A stretch of DNA of 64,000 nt from an uncultured Actinomycetes bacterium (GCA_963837155.1 CAWIMB010000002.1:151144-215143); one strand, 5' to 3'; positions 38,463-48,185 are shown, counted from the first letter of the stretch. Numbers and translations: made by a program. The notes: a model not told the origin generated them from the sequence alone.

Positions 38463-39218
38463 GTGCCGATATCGCATTTGCTTGCGGCGGTCGCAGCGGC
38501 GTTCGTCGTGACGGAGCTCTCGATCGTCATCACGACGGTATATCTGCATCGCGCCCTCGCGCACCGTGCCCTGACGGTGCACCCGATCGTCGCGACGCCG
38601 TTCCGTTTCGTCATCTGGATCACGACGGGTATGCGACCGCGAGAGTGGGTCGCGGTGCATCGAAAGCATCACGCGGCGACCGACACCGCCGATGATCCGC
38701 ACAGCCCGGCAGTCGTAGGTTTTTGGCGGGTACAGCTCGGCAACGTCGGTCTGTACAAGCGCGCAGCCTCCGACCCGGCAAACGTGCGCAAGTACGCGCG
38801 CGACATCCGTACCGACCGGCTCGACCGGGTGGCATTCGACTACAGCCTGTTGGGACTCTCGATCGGCATCGCGATCCTCGTGGTAACGACGTGGGCGCTC
38901 GGCTTCGGTCTCGCAGTCGGTTTCCTCGCCGCGGGGATCCACGCCGTCACGTACGTGATGCTCTCGGGTGCAATCAACGCGGTCGGCCACAAGTACGGCG
39001 CGCAGCCGTACAAGAACTCGGCAACGAACATGCAGTCGCTCGCACTCGTGACCGGGGGCGAAGGGCTGCACAACAACCACCACGCAGCGCCGACCTCGGC
39101 GCGCTTCTCACTTGGACGCGGCGAGCTCGATCCGGGATGGTGGTTAGTACGGCTGCTGGTAACGCTGCGCCTCGCGCACGTCCGTCACGAGGACGTGCAC
39201 CTCAAGTCCGCCGCGTAG
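38463..39218 (+). CDS. acyl-CoA (stearoyl-CoA-type) fatty acid desaturase
   Basis: GTG at 38463 inside ORF 38382..39218. His boxes HRALAH, HRKHH and HNNHH. Start is uncertain. Confidence 0.8.
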   Translation: MPISHLLAAVAAAFVVTELSIVITTVYLHRALAHRALTVHPIVATPFRFVIWITTGMRPREWVAVHRKHHAATDTADDPHSPAVVGFWRVQLGNVGLYKRAASDPANVRKYARDIRTDRLDRVAFDYSLLGLSIGIAILVVTTWALGFGLAVGFLAAGIHAVTYVMLSGAINAVGHKYGAQPYKNSATNMQSLALVTGGEGLHNNHHAAPTSARFSLGRGELDPGWWLVRLLVTLRLAHVRHEDVHLKSAA

Positions 39219-40185
39219 CTCTCAGCCGCGCCAGCCCGCGGATGACGTCCGGGAGTTGTTCGGGGCCGCAGAACAGCGCGGGGGCCGGTGTGGTGACACC
39301 GTTCTCCATGTAGCGGAGGATGTGCTCGCGGCACGCTTCGGGCTTGCCCCACACGAGCAATTCGTCGACGACGTGATCGGGGATCGATTCCGATGCCGCT
39401 TTGCGGTCACCTTCCTTCCACAGTCGCCACAGGTCCTTGAGTTCCTCGCCGCGTCCGAGCCACTCGTGGAAGGCCGCGTACACCGGCACCGTCAAATACG
39501 ACACGATCGCGCGCTTGCCGACGGCGCGCGCCATCCCGGCGTCGTCGACCGGAAGCACGAAGATGCGCGCCACGATCTCTTTGCCTTCACCGACGTGCGG
39601 CACGACGGTCTTCACGTCGTCGGCCGACAGCCAGTTGATGATCGCGCCGTCGCCTTCGCGTCCCGCGAGGCGCAACATGCCTTCACGCAACGCGGCGACG
39701 AGGATCGGCGGCTGCTCGGCTACAGGGATCCCGAGCCGGAAGCCGCGCACGCGAAACGTCTCGTATTCCTCGTCGACCTTCTCGCCGGTGAGCGCCGTGC
39801 GCAAGAAGCGCAACGTGTCGCGCACACGCTGGTACGGCTTGTCGAACGTCAGGCCGTTCCACCGCTCGACGATGACGTCCGAGGACGTGCCGATGCCGAG
39901 CGCGAAGCGTCCGGGCGCGGCCTGGCACATGGACGCGACCGTCGACGCCAGCGTGTGCGCGCCGCGGGTGTACGCGGGAACGATCGCAGTGCCGAACCGG
40001 AGCTCCGGCGCCCACTGGGCGGCAACCGCCAGTGGGATGAACGCGTCGTAACCGCCTGACTCGGCCGACCACAGGTCGGTGTAGCCGAGGTCGACGAGCT
40101 GGCGCACGACCTCGCGTTGGTCGACGAGTGGGATGCCGTCGAACGGGAACGTGATGCCGTAACGCTGGGGAACCGATGCCGTCAT
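39202..40185 (-). CDS. LLM-class F420-dependent oxidoreductase
   Basis: ATG at 40185 inside ORF 39202..40539: GYTDLWSAESGGYDAF...LGIGTSS. Confidence 0.8.
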   Translation of the reverse strand: MTASVPQRYGITFPFDGIPLVDQREVVRQLVDLGYTDLWSAESGGYDAFIPLAVAAQWAPELRFGTAIVPAYTRGAHTLASTVASMCQAAPGRFALGIGTSSDVIVERWNGLTFDKPYQRVRDTLRFLRTALTGEKVDEEYETFRVRGFRLGIPVAEQPPILVAALREGMLRLAGREGDGAIINWLSADDVKTVVPHVGEGKEIVARIFVLPVDDAGMARAVGKRAIVSYLTVPVYAAFHEWLGRGEELKDLWRLWKEGDRKAASESIPDHVVDELLVWGKPEACREHILRYMENGVTTPAPALFCGPEQLPDVIRGLARLRATRRT

Positions 40186-40198
40186 GCTTTCCACTCCT

Positions 40199-40266
40199 GG
40201 CGGCTGCGCCGCCGGGCCGTTGGGCCACGCTCGCTGCTCGGCAGGGTACCTGCCTCGCTTCGCTCG
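40199..40266 (-). repeat. intergenic repeat, family C copy 2 (hairpin GGCAGG-GTA-CCTGCC)
   Basis: Fills the spacer between the thioesterase stop (40268) and the LLM start (40185). Similar to 35537..35605, with a compensatory G:C to A:T change in the stem. Confidence 0.65.
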
Positions 40267-40267
40267 T

Positions 40268-41101
40268 TCATCGCCGGATGTCGCCTTCGAGCTCGGTGAG
40301 CGGTGCGTCGCGGTGGGCCCGGACGATCGTCGACTGGCTGGCCGTGCCGAGCAGTGTGCCGTCGTCGGCCCAGAGATGCACGAGCCCGTGGCCGAAGCCG
40401 TCGGCGACCGCGTGCACCCGTACGTCGGCAAGCACCCAATCGGTGGCGACGCGATGGGCGACGCGCAGGGTGTTGTCGAGGCTGTTGCCGCCGGCGCGCC
40501 GGCCCAGGGCCTGGCCGATCCCGAACGGCACGAAGTCACCGATGATCGCGAGCGCGGCGGCCGACATGTCGAGGACCTCGGGCATGCGGACCCACAGCGA
40601 CGCGTTCCCCGAGCCTTCCGGGCCGGGGAACTCCCAGAACGGCCGCGCGTCGGCGAGGCGCGCGTCGAGGCGTGCGCTGATCGTCCCCTCGTGGTGGTTC
40701 ATCATCGGACGCGGCGCGCACGTCTCGGGCGCGGGCACGTCGGGACGCGCGGCCCACTGACCTTCGAGCGGCAAGGGGCGTTGCCCGAGTGCGCCGACCA
40801 CGGTGAGGATCTCGGTGTCGCCGACGTGCGCGATCACGCGCGTCTGGCTCATCTGATGGCCTCTCACGACTTCGTACACGTCGAGCTCGACGATCGACGG
40901 CGGGCGCGCGTACGAAAGGAATTCCGCGGTCGCCCAGATGCACGGCCGCCCGGTGACTTGCTCCATCACCTCGATGCACGCGCCGAGCCCGCATCCGCCG
41001 AACAGCGCGCCCGTGCCCGAGGTGAGACCACGGACGACTTCCATCGTCCACTTCGTGCGATCAGCGGTCGGTTCGAGACCGAAGAACGTCCGGGCATCCA
41101 T
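40268..41101 (-). CDS. acyl-CoA thioesterase (TesB-like double hotdog)
   Basis: ORF 40268..41101. Length and pattern (LFGGCGLGACI..., ...LWADDGTLLGTASQS) fit the acyl-CoA thioesterase II family. Confidence 0.75.
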   Translation of the reverse strand: MDARTFFGLEPTADRTKWTMEVVRGLTSGTGALFGGCGLGACIEVMEQVTGRPCIWATAEFLSYARPPSIVELDVYEVVRGHQMSQTRVIAHVGDTEILTVVGALGQRPLPLEGQWAARPDVPAPETCAPRPMMNHHEGTISARLDARLADARPFWEFPGPEGSGNASLWVRMPEVLDMSAAALAIIGDFVPFGIGQALGRRAGGNSLDNTLRVAHRVATDWVLADVRVHAVADGFGHGLVHLWADDGTLLGTASQSTIVRAHRDAPLTELEGDIRR

Positions 41102-41116
41102 CGGCCGTGGAGGCTA

Positions 41117-41445
41117 TGCCACCAACAGTTGGCAGCGTTTCCCGCGCATAGCGCGGTTTTTGCCACCAACTGTTGGCAGCGTTTCCCGCGCATAGCGCGG
41201 TTTTTGCCACCAACTGTTGGCAGCGTTTCCCGCGCATAGCGCGGTTTTTGCCACCAACTGTTGGCAGCGTTTCCCGCGCATAGCGCGGTTTTTGCCACCA
41301 ACTGTTGGCAGCGTTTCCCGCGCATAGCGCGGTTTTTGCCACCAACTGTTGGCAGCGTTTCCCGCGCATAGCGCGGTTTTTGCCACCAACTGTTGGCAGC
41401 GTTTCCCGCGCATAGCGCGGTTTTTGCTGCCAACTGTTGTGGGTT
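41117..41445. repeat. 44-nt tandem repeat: 7 perfect copies plus a degenerate 8th
   Basis: Unit TGCCACCAACTGTTGGCAGCGTTTCCCGCGCATAGCGCGGTTTT starts at 41117, 41161, 41205, 41249, 41293, 41337 and 41381. Copy 1 differs at one base. A partial copy starts at 41425. Confidence 0.95.
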
Positions 41446-42993
41446 TTAGCCGCGCGCGGCGTTGCGTTCGACGAGGCCGGCGTGGCCGGTGAGCTTCATG
41501 CCGGTGAGCGTGCGCTCGGAATGACGCATGCGCCAGGCGAGCATGCGCTGCGCGTACTCCAAGACCTTCGGCGCGTACGCGGGGTCGCCGGCTCGGTTGA
41601 CGAGTTGGGCGGGATCCTCGTCGATGTCGAAGTAGATCGCGGGGAACGCGTGATGGCCCGCGAACTGCACGTACTTGCCGTGCTCGTCGCGCAGCACAGC
41701 CAACGAGCACTCCTCGAGCGACACACCGAACGCCTCTTCGAGATACGTGCTCGCGGGATCGCGCAGGTCGAGCTCGAAGTGCACCTCGTTGCGCCACCCG
41801 TCGACGTTCTCGCCGCGCAACCACGGCGCGAGCGTGCGGCCGTCGCACTGCAACGGCACGTCGGCGTCGAGCAGTGAACAGATCGTCGGCAGCACGTCGA
41901 CGTGCTCGGTCATGACGTCGACCACCCGTCCCGCAGCCGGCACGCCCGGCCCCCGGAGGATCAACGGCACGTGGAACGCGGTGTCGAACCAACCGATCTT
42001 CTGCAGCAGCCAGTGGTCGCCGAGCAGCTCCCCATGGTCGGACGTGAAGATCACGATTGTGTTCTCTGCCTGCCCGCTCTCGTCGAGCCAACCGAACAAG
42101 CGGCCGAGCTGGTCGTCGACCTCGGTGATCATCCCGTAGTACGTCGCTTGGAACTCGCGCTGCTCCTGCTCGCCGGCGGGTGACGAGATCAGCGGGTGCA
42201 CGAGCATGACGCCGAGCAGCGGATGCTGCGCACCCTCTTCCGCCATCGTCGGTGCGCGCACCGGCGCCGGCACCGACGCCGGGTCGTACATCGTGTCGTA
42301 GGGCGCCGGTGCGAGGTACGGCGGATGCGGGCGCAGGTACGAGAGGTGCGCGAACCACGGGCGGCCCGTGGCCGTCCCGTCCTCGACGAAGTCGAGCACC
42401 CGGTCGGTGAGGTACGCCGTTTGGGAATGCTCGGCCCCGTAGTTCGTGCGAGATGTGGTGCCGGGCGCGGGCTCGTTCACGAACGATCGCCACTCGTCGG
42501 GCACCCCAATGCCGGTCTTGCGCATCCACGCGAGCCAGTCGTCGGGCGCGCCCTCGGCGAGGTGGCAGGCGGGGTCGAAGCCGGGGAGCACCCCCTCGTA
42601 CGAGAAGAGGCGGGGGTCGTCGGCGGCCACAGTGCGGGGGTCGACGCCGGAGTCGGTGTAGCCGAACAGCGCGGGCTCGTACCCGAGGCGGCGCGCCACC
42701 AACGCGACGTTGTCGTGGCGGGCGTCGAGCGGGGTGCCGTTGGTGGTCGCCCGGTGGTTCATCATGTACATGCCGGTGTAGATCGACGCCCGGCTTGGCG
42801 CGCACGGCACCGCATTGGCGAAGTGGCGGCGGAACGACACCCCGCCGGCGGCGAGGCGGTCGAGGTTCGGCGTCCGGACGACCGGGTGCCCGGCCCCGCT
42901 CAGGCAGTCGCTCCGGAACTGGTCCGCGGTGATGAACAGGACGTTGGGCCGCACGCTCACAGCTTCCCCAAAGCTGACCGAGGGAATCGGCAA
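41446..42993 (-). CDS. sulfatase (Cys-type, alkaline-phosphatase superfamily)
   Basis: ORF 41446..42993: LFITADQFR...CAPSRASIYTG (C-x-P-x-R formylglycine motif). Confidence 0.88.
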   Translation of the reverse strand: MPIPSVSFGEAVSVRPNVLFITADQFRSDCLSGAGHPVVRTPNLDRLAAGGVSFRRHFANAVPCAPSRASIYTGMYMMNHRATTNGTPLDARHDNVALVARRLGYEPALFGYTDSGVDPRTVAADDPRLFSYEGVLPGFDPACHLAEGAPDDWLAWMRKTGIGVPDEWRSFVNEPAPGTTSRTNYGAEHSQTAYLTDRVLDFVEDGTATGRPWFAHLSYLRPHPPYLAPAPYDTMYDPASVPAPVRAPTMAEEGAQHPLLGVMLVHPLISSPAGEQEQREFQATYYGMITEVDDQLGRLFGWLDESGQAENTIVIFTSDHGELLGDHWLLQKIGWFDTAFHVPLILRGPGVPAAGRVVDVMTEHVDVLPTICSLLDADVPLQCDGRTLAPWLRGENVDGWRNEVHFELDLRDPASTYLEEAFGVSLEECSLAVLRDEHGKYVQFAGHHAFPAIYFDIDEDPAQLVNRAGDPAYAPKVLEYAQRMLAWRMRHSERTLTGMKLTGHAGLVERNAARG

Positions 42994-43019
42994 TGCCCCC
43001 CGGTCGTTATACGGGCACT

Positions 43020-45327
43020 ATGCCAGACACCCAGACCCAACTTCTTCCCCTGTTGCCGCTTACGCAGGGGGTCGTGCTCCCGCAGATGGTCGTGACCATC
43101 GCGCTCGAGACCGACGAGGCCAAGCGGGCGGGTGCCGCCGCCGAACAGGCCGGCAACCGCATCGTGCTCGTTCCCAGGGTCGAGGGCCGCTTCGCGCGCG
43201 TCGGCACGATCGCAACCGTCGAGAGCTCGGGCGAGCTCCCCAACGGCACGTTGGCGCTGGTCATCCGCGGGACCGGCCGGGCCCGCATCGGCACCGGCGA
43301 GTCGGGCGCGCACGGCGCGCTGCACGTGCGGACCGAGGAGATCGAAGAGCCGGCGCCGACGCCTCGGGCGAAGGAGCTCGCGCGGGAATACCGGGCAGTC
43401 ATCGAGACCATCCTCGAGCACCGCGGCGCGCGGCGGATCGCCGACGTGCTCGCGGGCGTCGACGACCCGGGCCAGCTCGCGGACACTGCCGCGTACTCGC
43501 CCGACCTCACAATCGAACAGCGGGTCGAGCTGCTCGAGACCATCGACGTCGAGCAGCGATTGACGCTCGCGCTCGGATGGGCCCGCGAGGTGCTCGCGGA
43601 CCTCGAGCTGAAGGAGAAGATCCGCACCGAGGTCAGTGACGACCTCGACAAGCAGCAGCGCGAGCTGCTGTTACGCCGGCAAATGGACGCCATCCGCAAG
43701 GAGCTCGGCGACTCCGAGGAAGACGCCGTGGCCGAGTACCGCACGAAGGTGGCTGAGAAGCAGCTGCCGGACGCGGTGCGTGTCGCGGTCGACAAGGAGC
43801 TCGATCGGTTCGAGCGCATGGGTCCGCAGAATCCCGAGCAGGCGTGGGTCCGCAACTGGCTCGACGCCGTGCTCGACCTGCCATGGGGCGAGTTCGCCGA
43901 GGAGCACACCGACCTCGGCGAGGCGCGCGGCGTGCTGGACGCGGACCACGAAGGCCTTGCCGACGTGAAGGACCGCATCCTCGAGTTCCTCGCGGTGCGC
44001 GTGCTGCGCAAGGAGCGTGGCCTGGGCACCGTCAGCGGACGCGGCAGCGGCGCGATCCTCGGGCTCGTCGGTCCCCCCGGCGTCGGCAAGACGTCACTCG
44101 GTGAGTCGGTCGCGCGTGCGCTCGGCCGTCCGTTTGTGCGCGTCGCCGTTGGCGGTGTGCGCGACGAGGCCGAGATCCGTGGGCACCGGCGTACCTACGT
44201 CGGCGCGCGCCCGGGACGCATCGTGCGTGCCCTGACCGAAGCCAAGGCGATGAACCCCGTCGTGCTGATCGACGAGGTCGACAAGTTGCAGGCCGGCGGT
44301 TGGTCGGGCGATCCCGCAAGCGCGTTGCTCGAGGTGCTCGACCCGGCGCAGAACCACACATTCCGCGACCACTACCTGGAGCTCGACCTCGATCTGTCCG
44401 ACGTGTTGTTCCTCACGACGGCGAACATGCTGGAGACGATCCCGGCGCCCTTGTTGGACCGGATGGAGCTCGTGCAGCTCGACGGTTACACCGAGGACGA
44501 GAAGGTGTCGATCGCCAAGCACCATCTGTTCCCGCGCCAGCGCGAGAAGGCGGGGCTGCGCGAGGACGAGTTGGAGGTCACCGACGCCGCGTTCCACACG
44601 CTCGTGTCCGGATGGACACGAGAGGCGGGCGTGCGCGGTCTCGAGCGCCAGCTCGGCAAGATCACGCGCAAGGCCGTCCGCAAGATTGCCGCGGGTGAAA
44701 TGACCACGGTCGTCGTCGACGAGCCCGACCTCAAGGAGTACGTCGGTCGGGCGCGCTTCCGTCCCGAGGACGCGACGCGTGCGCCGATCCCCGGCCTGGC
44801 GACCGGTCTTGCGGTCACCGGTGCCGGTGGTGACGTGCTCACCATCGAGGTCACCGCGATGGAGGGCGAGCCGGCGATGCAGGTCACGGGTCAGCTCGGC
44901 GACGTCATGTCGGAGTCGGCGCAGATCGCGCTGTCGTTCGTGCGTGCGAACGCGAACGAGCTCGGTGTGTTGCCGGGTGCCTTCGAACACCGGCGGTTCC
45001 ACTTGCACGTGCCCTCGGGTGCGATCCCCAAGGACGGACCGTCGGCCGGCATCACGATGACCACCGCGCTCGCGTCGCTCGTGACCGGCCGCCCGGTGAA
45101 GCCGGGCGTCGGCATGACCGGCGAGGTGACGTTGCAGGGTCGCGTGTTGCCGATCGGTGGGCTCAAGCAGAAGCTGCTTGCTGCACACCGGGCCGGGCTC
45201 ACCGACGTGGTGATCCCGATCGACAACGAGGCGGATCTCGACGACGTGCCCGAGCAGGTGCGCGAGGTCCTGCACGTCCACCCGGTGCGGGACGTGCGCG
45301 AGGTACTCGCCGATCGCGCTCACGTAA
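43020..45327 (+). CDS. lon: ATP-dependent Lon protease. As assembled it reads in frame into the next gene; the natural stop is probably TAA at 45325.
   Basis: ATG at 43020 inside ORF 42993..46223. It has the LON N-domain, Walker A GPPGVGKTS and the protease motif PKDGPSAGIT. A +1 frame at 45313 reads IALT-stop, which looks like a typical Lon C-terminus. Confidence 0.85.
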
Positions 45328-45333
45328 GTCCCA

Positions 45334-45362
45334 AGGGCGGGAGCCACCTAGGCTCCCGCCCT
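45334..45362 (+). terminator. 12-bp stem hairpin between Lon and the CPBP gene
   Basis: AGGGCGGGAGCC-ACCTA-GGCTCCCGCCCT immediately precedes the ATG at 45363. Confidence 0.55.
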
Positions 45363-46223
45363 ATGCGGACGCTCACCGCCCCGGAGTTGGCGGACGCGCC
45401 CGTCGAAGCTTGGCACCGGCGCGTGTGGCGGACATACGTCACCGACGTTCGCGCGGAAGCCAACGCGCGGGCTGTCGTCTCGCGTTCGACCGATCGCAAG
45501 ATGGTGCTCGTCTTCGTCGTCGCGGCCGTGGCGCTGACGTGCAACAACTTCCTCTCGGACGGCTCGCATCCCCAGTGGCTGGAGTCGTTGCTGCGCGCGG
45601 TCGGGCTCGACGGCGTCGCCCAGCGCTTGGACGACGCGATGCTCGTCTCCGCCCATCGCGACTTCAATCAACTCGCGTTCTGGGCCGTCGTTGTCATCGC
45701 GAGCTATGTCGTCCCGGCCGTGTTGTGCATCCACTTCCTCTTCCACGAGCGCGTTCGCGATTACGGCCTTCGCATCCGCGGAATCGGCCACCACCTGCGC
45801 ACATACGCGGCGCTCTATGCGATCGCGGCACCGTTGATTGTCGCGTTCTCGTTCACAGCCGCGTTCCAGGAGAAGTACCCCTTCTACCATCCGCCCGCCG
45901 GTGGCTCGCTGTGGCCGTATCTCTATGCATGGTGGGCGCTGTACTGGCTCCAGTTCTGCGCGTTGGAGTTCTTCTTCCGCGGCTTCATGGTGCACGGTCT
46001 CGCGCCGCGCCTCGGTTGGGCCGCGATCTTCGCCATGGTCGTGCCGTACAACATGCTTCACTACGGCAAGCCGATGCCTGAGGCGCTTGCGGCGATCGTC
46101 GGCGGCATCGTGCTCGGCACGCTCAGCCTGAAGTTCCGCTCGATCTGGCCCGGCGCCGCGTTGCACATCACGATCGCGCTCACGATGGACATGTTCGCCC
46201 TCGGCCACGCCCGCTGGTGGTGA
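45363..46223 (+). CDS. CPBP-family intramembrane glutamic endopeptidase (CAAX protease-like)
   Basis: ATG at 45363 within ORF 42993..46223. Multi-TM, with the motifs CALEFFFRG and HYG...HITIA. Confidence 0.75.
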   Translation: MRTLTAPELADAPVEAWHRRVWRTYVTDVRAEANARAVVSRSTDRKMVLVFVVAAVALTCNNFLSDGSHPQWLESLLRAVGLDGVAQRLDDAMLVSAHRDFNQLAFWAVVVIASYVVPAVLCIHFLFHERVRDYGLRIRGIGHHLRTYAALYAIAAPLIVAFSFTAAFQEKYPFYHPPAGGSLWPYLYAWWALYWLQFCALEFFFRGFMVHGLAPRLGWAAIFAMVVPYNMLHYGKPMPEALAAIVGGIVLGTLSLKFRSIWPGAALHITIALTMDMFALGHARWW

Positions 46224-46236
46224 CGACGGCGTGGCG

Positions 46237-46279
46237 GGGGCGTGTGTGAGGTGCGATATTCGCACCTCACACACGCCCC
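46237..46279. terminator. 19-bp perfect hairpin, repeat family A copy 2
   Basis: GGGGCGTGTGTGAGGTGCG-ATATT-CGCACCTCACACACGCCCC between convergent genes. It differs from copy 1 by a compensated T:A to G:C pair and in the loop. Confidence 0.7.
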
Positions 46280-47534
46280 TCAGAGCGTCACGGGGAGGCG
46301 GGACAGGCCGCGGAGGACGATGCGGCCGTTCCATTCGGGCGAGTCGGTGGCCAGCTCCATGGCGGGGAAACGCCGAACCAGCGTCGTCACGGCAACCTGA
46401 CCTTCGAGCCGCGCCAGGTGCGCGCCGAGGCACGAATGCACGCCGCCGCCGAACGACATGTGGTCAGCGCGCGTCGGCGCGCCGCAGGTCGAGCTGGTCG
46501 GCGGTTGGTCCCCACTTCAGCGGGTCGCGGTTCGCAGAACCGAGGCAGGTCATCATCATCGAGCCGGGTTCGATCGTCTTGCCGTCGAGCTCGTAGGGCA
46601 CGAGGTTGATCCGCCGCGACATCTGCACCGGCGAGTCGTAGCGCAACAACTCGTCGACGAACGTCGTGTCGACTGACGGGTCGCGCACGAGCAGCTCGAA
46701 CTGGTCGCGATTGCGCAGCAACGCCAGCGTGCCGTTGCCGATCAGGTTCAGCGTAGTCTCGTGCCCGGCGACGTACAGCAGCATCACCTGCTCGACGAGC
46801 TCGTCCTCGCTGAGCCGGTCACCTTCGTCCTCGGCTGCGACGAGCGCGGTCAACAGGTCGTCGCTGGGATGCTCTCGCTTCCACGCGATCGCCTCGTTCG
46901 TGTACGCGATGATGTTGTCGATCGCGTCGAACGCCGCCAGCGTTTCTTCACGCGTGATGATCGGGTCGAAGGTCTTGACGACCGCGCCCGACCACGCGCG
47001 GAGCTGGAGACGGTCGCGGCCTTCGGGAATCCCAAGCATCTCCGAGATCACGATGAATGGGAGTGGGAACGCGAGCCCGGCAATGAGGTCGAACTCCTCG
47101 CCCGTCGGCGCGGCATCGAGGTGCTCGTCGACGAGCTGCTGCACGCGCGGGCGGAGCTCTTCGATCACGCGCGGCGTGAACACCTTCGAGACCAGCCGGC
47201 GCAGACGATGATGGCCGGGCGGGTCCATGTTCAGCATGGTGTGGGTGCCGCCCTCGCGCCGCTCCTCCATCATCGCCTGGATGTCGGCGTCCATCTCGAA
47301 GGGCAGCGGCGTGGCGTTGCGCTCCTCCACGCTGAGGTGCGGATCGCGAAGCACGCGGTGCACGTCCTCATAGCGGAACAGCGCCCAGGAGCCGATCGGG
47401 CTGAGGTGCACCGGATCCTGCTCGCGCACCACCTGGTACTGGGCGTACGGGTTGTCGAAGAACCCGGGCTCGAACGGATTGAGCATCGGCGGGAGGTAAC
47501 CGGTGTCCTGGGCAGGCGTCTCGCTCGTGGTCAC
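46280..47534 (-). pseudogene. cytochrome P450 with the heme-ligand loop out of frame as assembled
   Basis: ORF 46464..47579 ends at ...DLRRADAR-stop. The next frame continues DHMSFGGGVHSCLGAHLARLE...LSRLPVTL-stop (46280). Span is 1255 nt = 3n+1, with the shift near 46464-46475. GTG start at 47534 is uncertain. Confidence 0.8.
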
Positions 47535-47600
47535 GCCGACCACCGTACGCCTGCGGCACGCGGCGGCACGACGTGACATCGGTCACACCACAACAAATAC

Positions 47601-47636
47601 TTGCAGTGATCCTGCAACTAGTGTCAGACTGCTGAC
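47601..47636. promoter_or_regulatory. two small dyads in the low-G+C P450/TetR divergent spacer (candidate operators)
   Basis: TTGCAG-TGATC-CTGCAA (47601..47617) and GTCAG-ACTG-CTGAC (47623..47636), directly upstream of the ATG at 47637. Confidence 0.35.
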
Positions 47637-48185
47637 ATGACGGCAATCGACGGTCGAGTGCAGCGCGGGACGCGCAATCGCGAGGCGATCGTCGACGCGT
47701 TGCTCGCGTGCTACGAGGCCGGCGATCTCCGTCCGAGCGTGCCCGAGGTCGCGGCCCGCGCGGGTGTCTCGGCGCGCTCGGTGCACAACCACTTTGCCGA
47801 CGTCGAAGCTCTGCGCGCCGAGGTCTCCGAACGGCAGTGGGAGCGGTACGCGCCGCTCGTCGGGGAGGTCGCGACGATCAGCGAACTCGTCGCCAACCGC
47901 GTCATCTTCTTCGAAGCAGTGACACCGGTGCGGCGAGCCGCGCTCTTGTCCGTGCACGACTCGCCGACGATCGCGCGCAACCTGGCTCGGCTCGACCGGC
48001 TCCTGCGGCGTCAGCTCGAGGTCGTCTTTCCTGATGCCGATGCGGAAACGCTCGACGCTCTCGAGCTCGCCACGAGTTGGGACGCGTGGAACCGTCTGCG
48101 GACTGCGCAGGGCTGCACGGTGGCGCGCGCTCGCCGCGTCGTCGAACGAACAATCCGCACACTGACCGAAGGGATCGCCTGGTGA
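47637..48185 (+). CDS. TetR/AcrR family transcriptional regulator
   Basis: ORF 47637..48185: SVPEVAARAGVSARSVHNHFADVEAL. Confidence 0.85.
   Translation: MTAIDGRVQRGTRNREAIVDALLACYEAGDLRPSVPEVAARAGVSARSVHNHFADVEALRAEVSERQWERYAPLVGEVATISELVANRVIFFEAVTPVRRAALLSVHDSPTIARNLARLDRLLRRQLEVVFPDADAETLDALELATSWDAWNRLRTAQGCTVARARRVVERTIRTLTEGIAW

Noticed and set aside
40966-41433. ORFs of 102-155 aa (and the tail of 41114..42805) reading through the 44-nt array
   Set aside because: 44 is not a multiple of 3, so the three frames cycle every 132 nt and give repetitive peptides (…KTALCAGNAANSWWQKPRYARETLPTVGGKNRAMRGKRCQQLVA…). There is no start or RBS context, and these are typical repeat read-through artefacts.
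41117-41445. CRISPR array
   Set aside because: The 44-nt units are contiguous and identical, with no unique spacers between repeats and no cas genes in the window. It is a plain tandem repeat.
42993-46223. A genuine 1076-aa Lon-CPBP fusion protein
   Set aside because: The linker is encoded by a strong intergenic-type hairpin ending at an ATG. A 1-nt shift restores a normal Lon C-terminus and a TAA, and the window is full of similar 1-nt errors. I kept it as a finding to be checked, not as a call.
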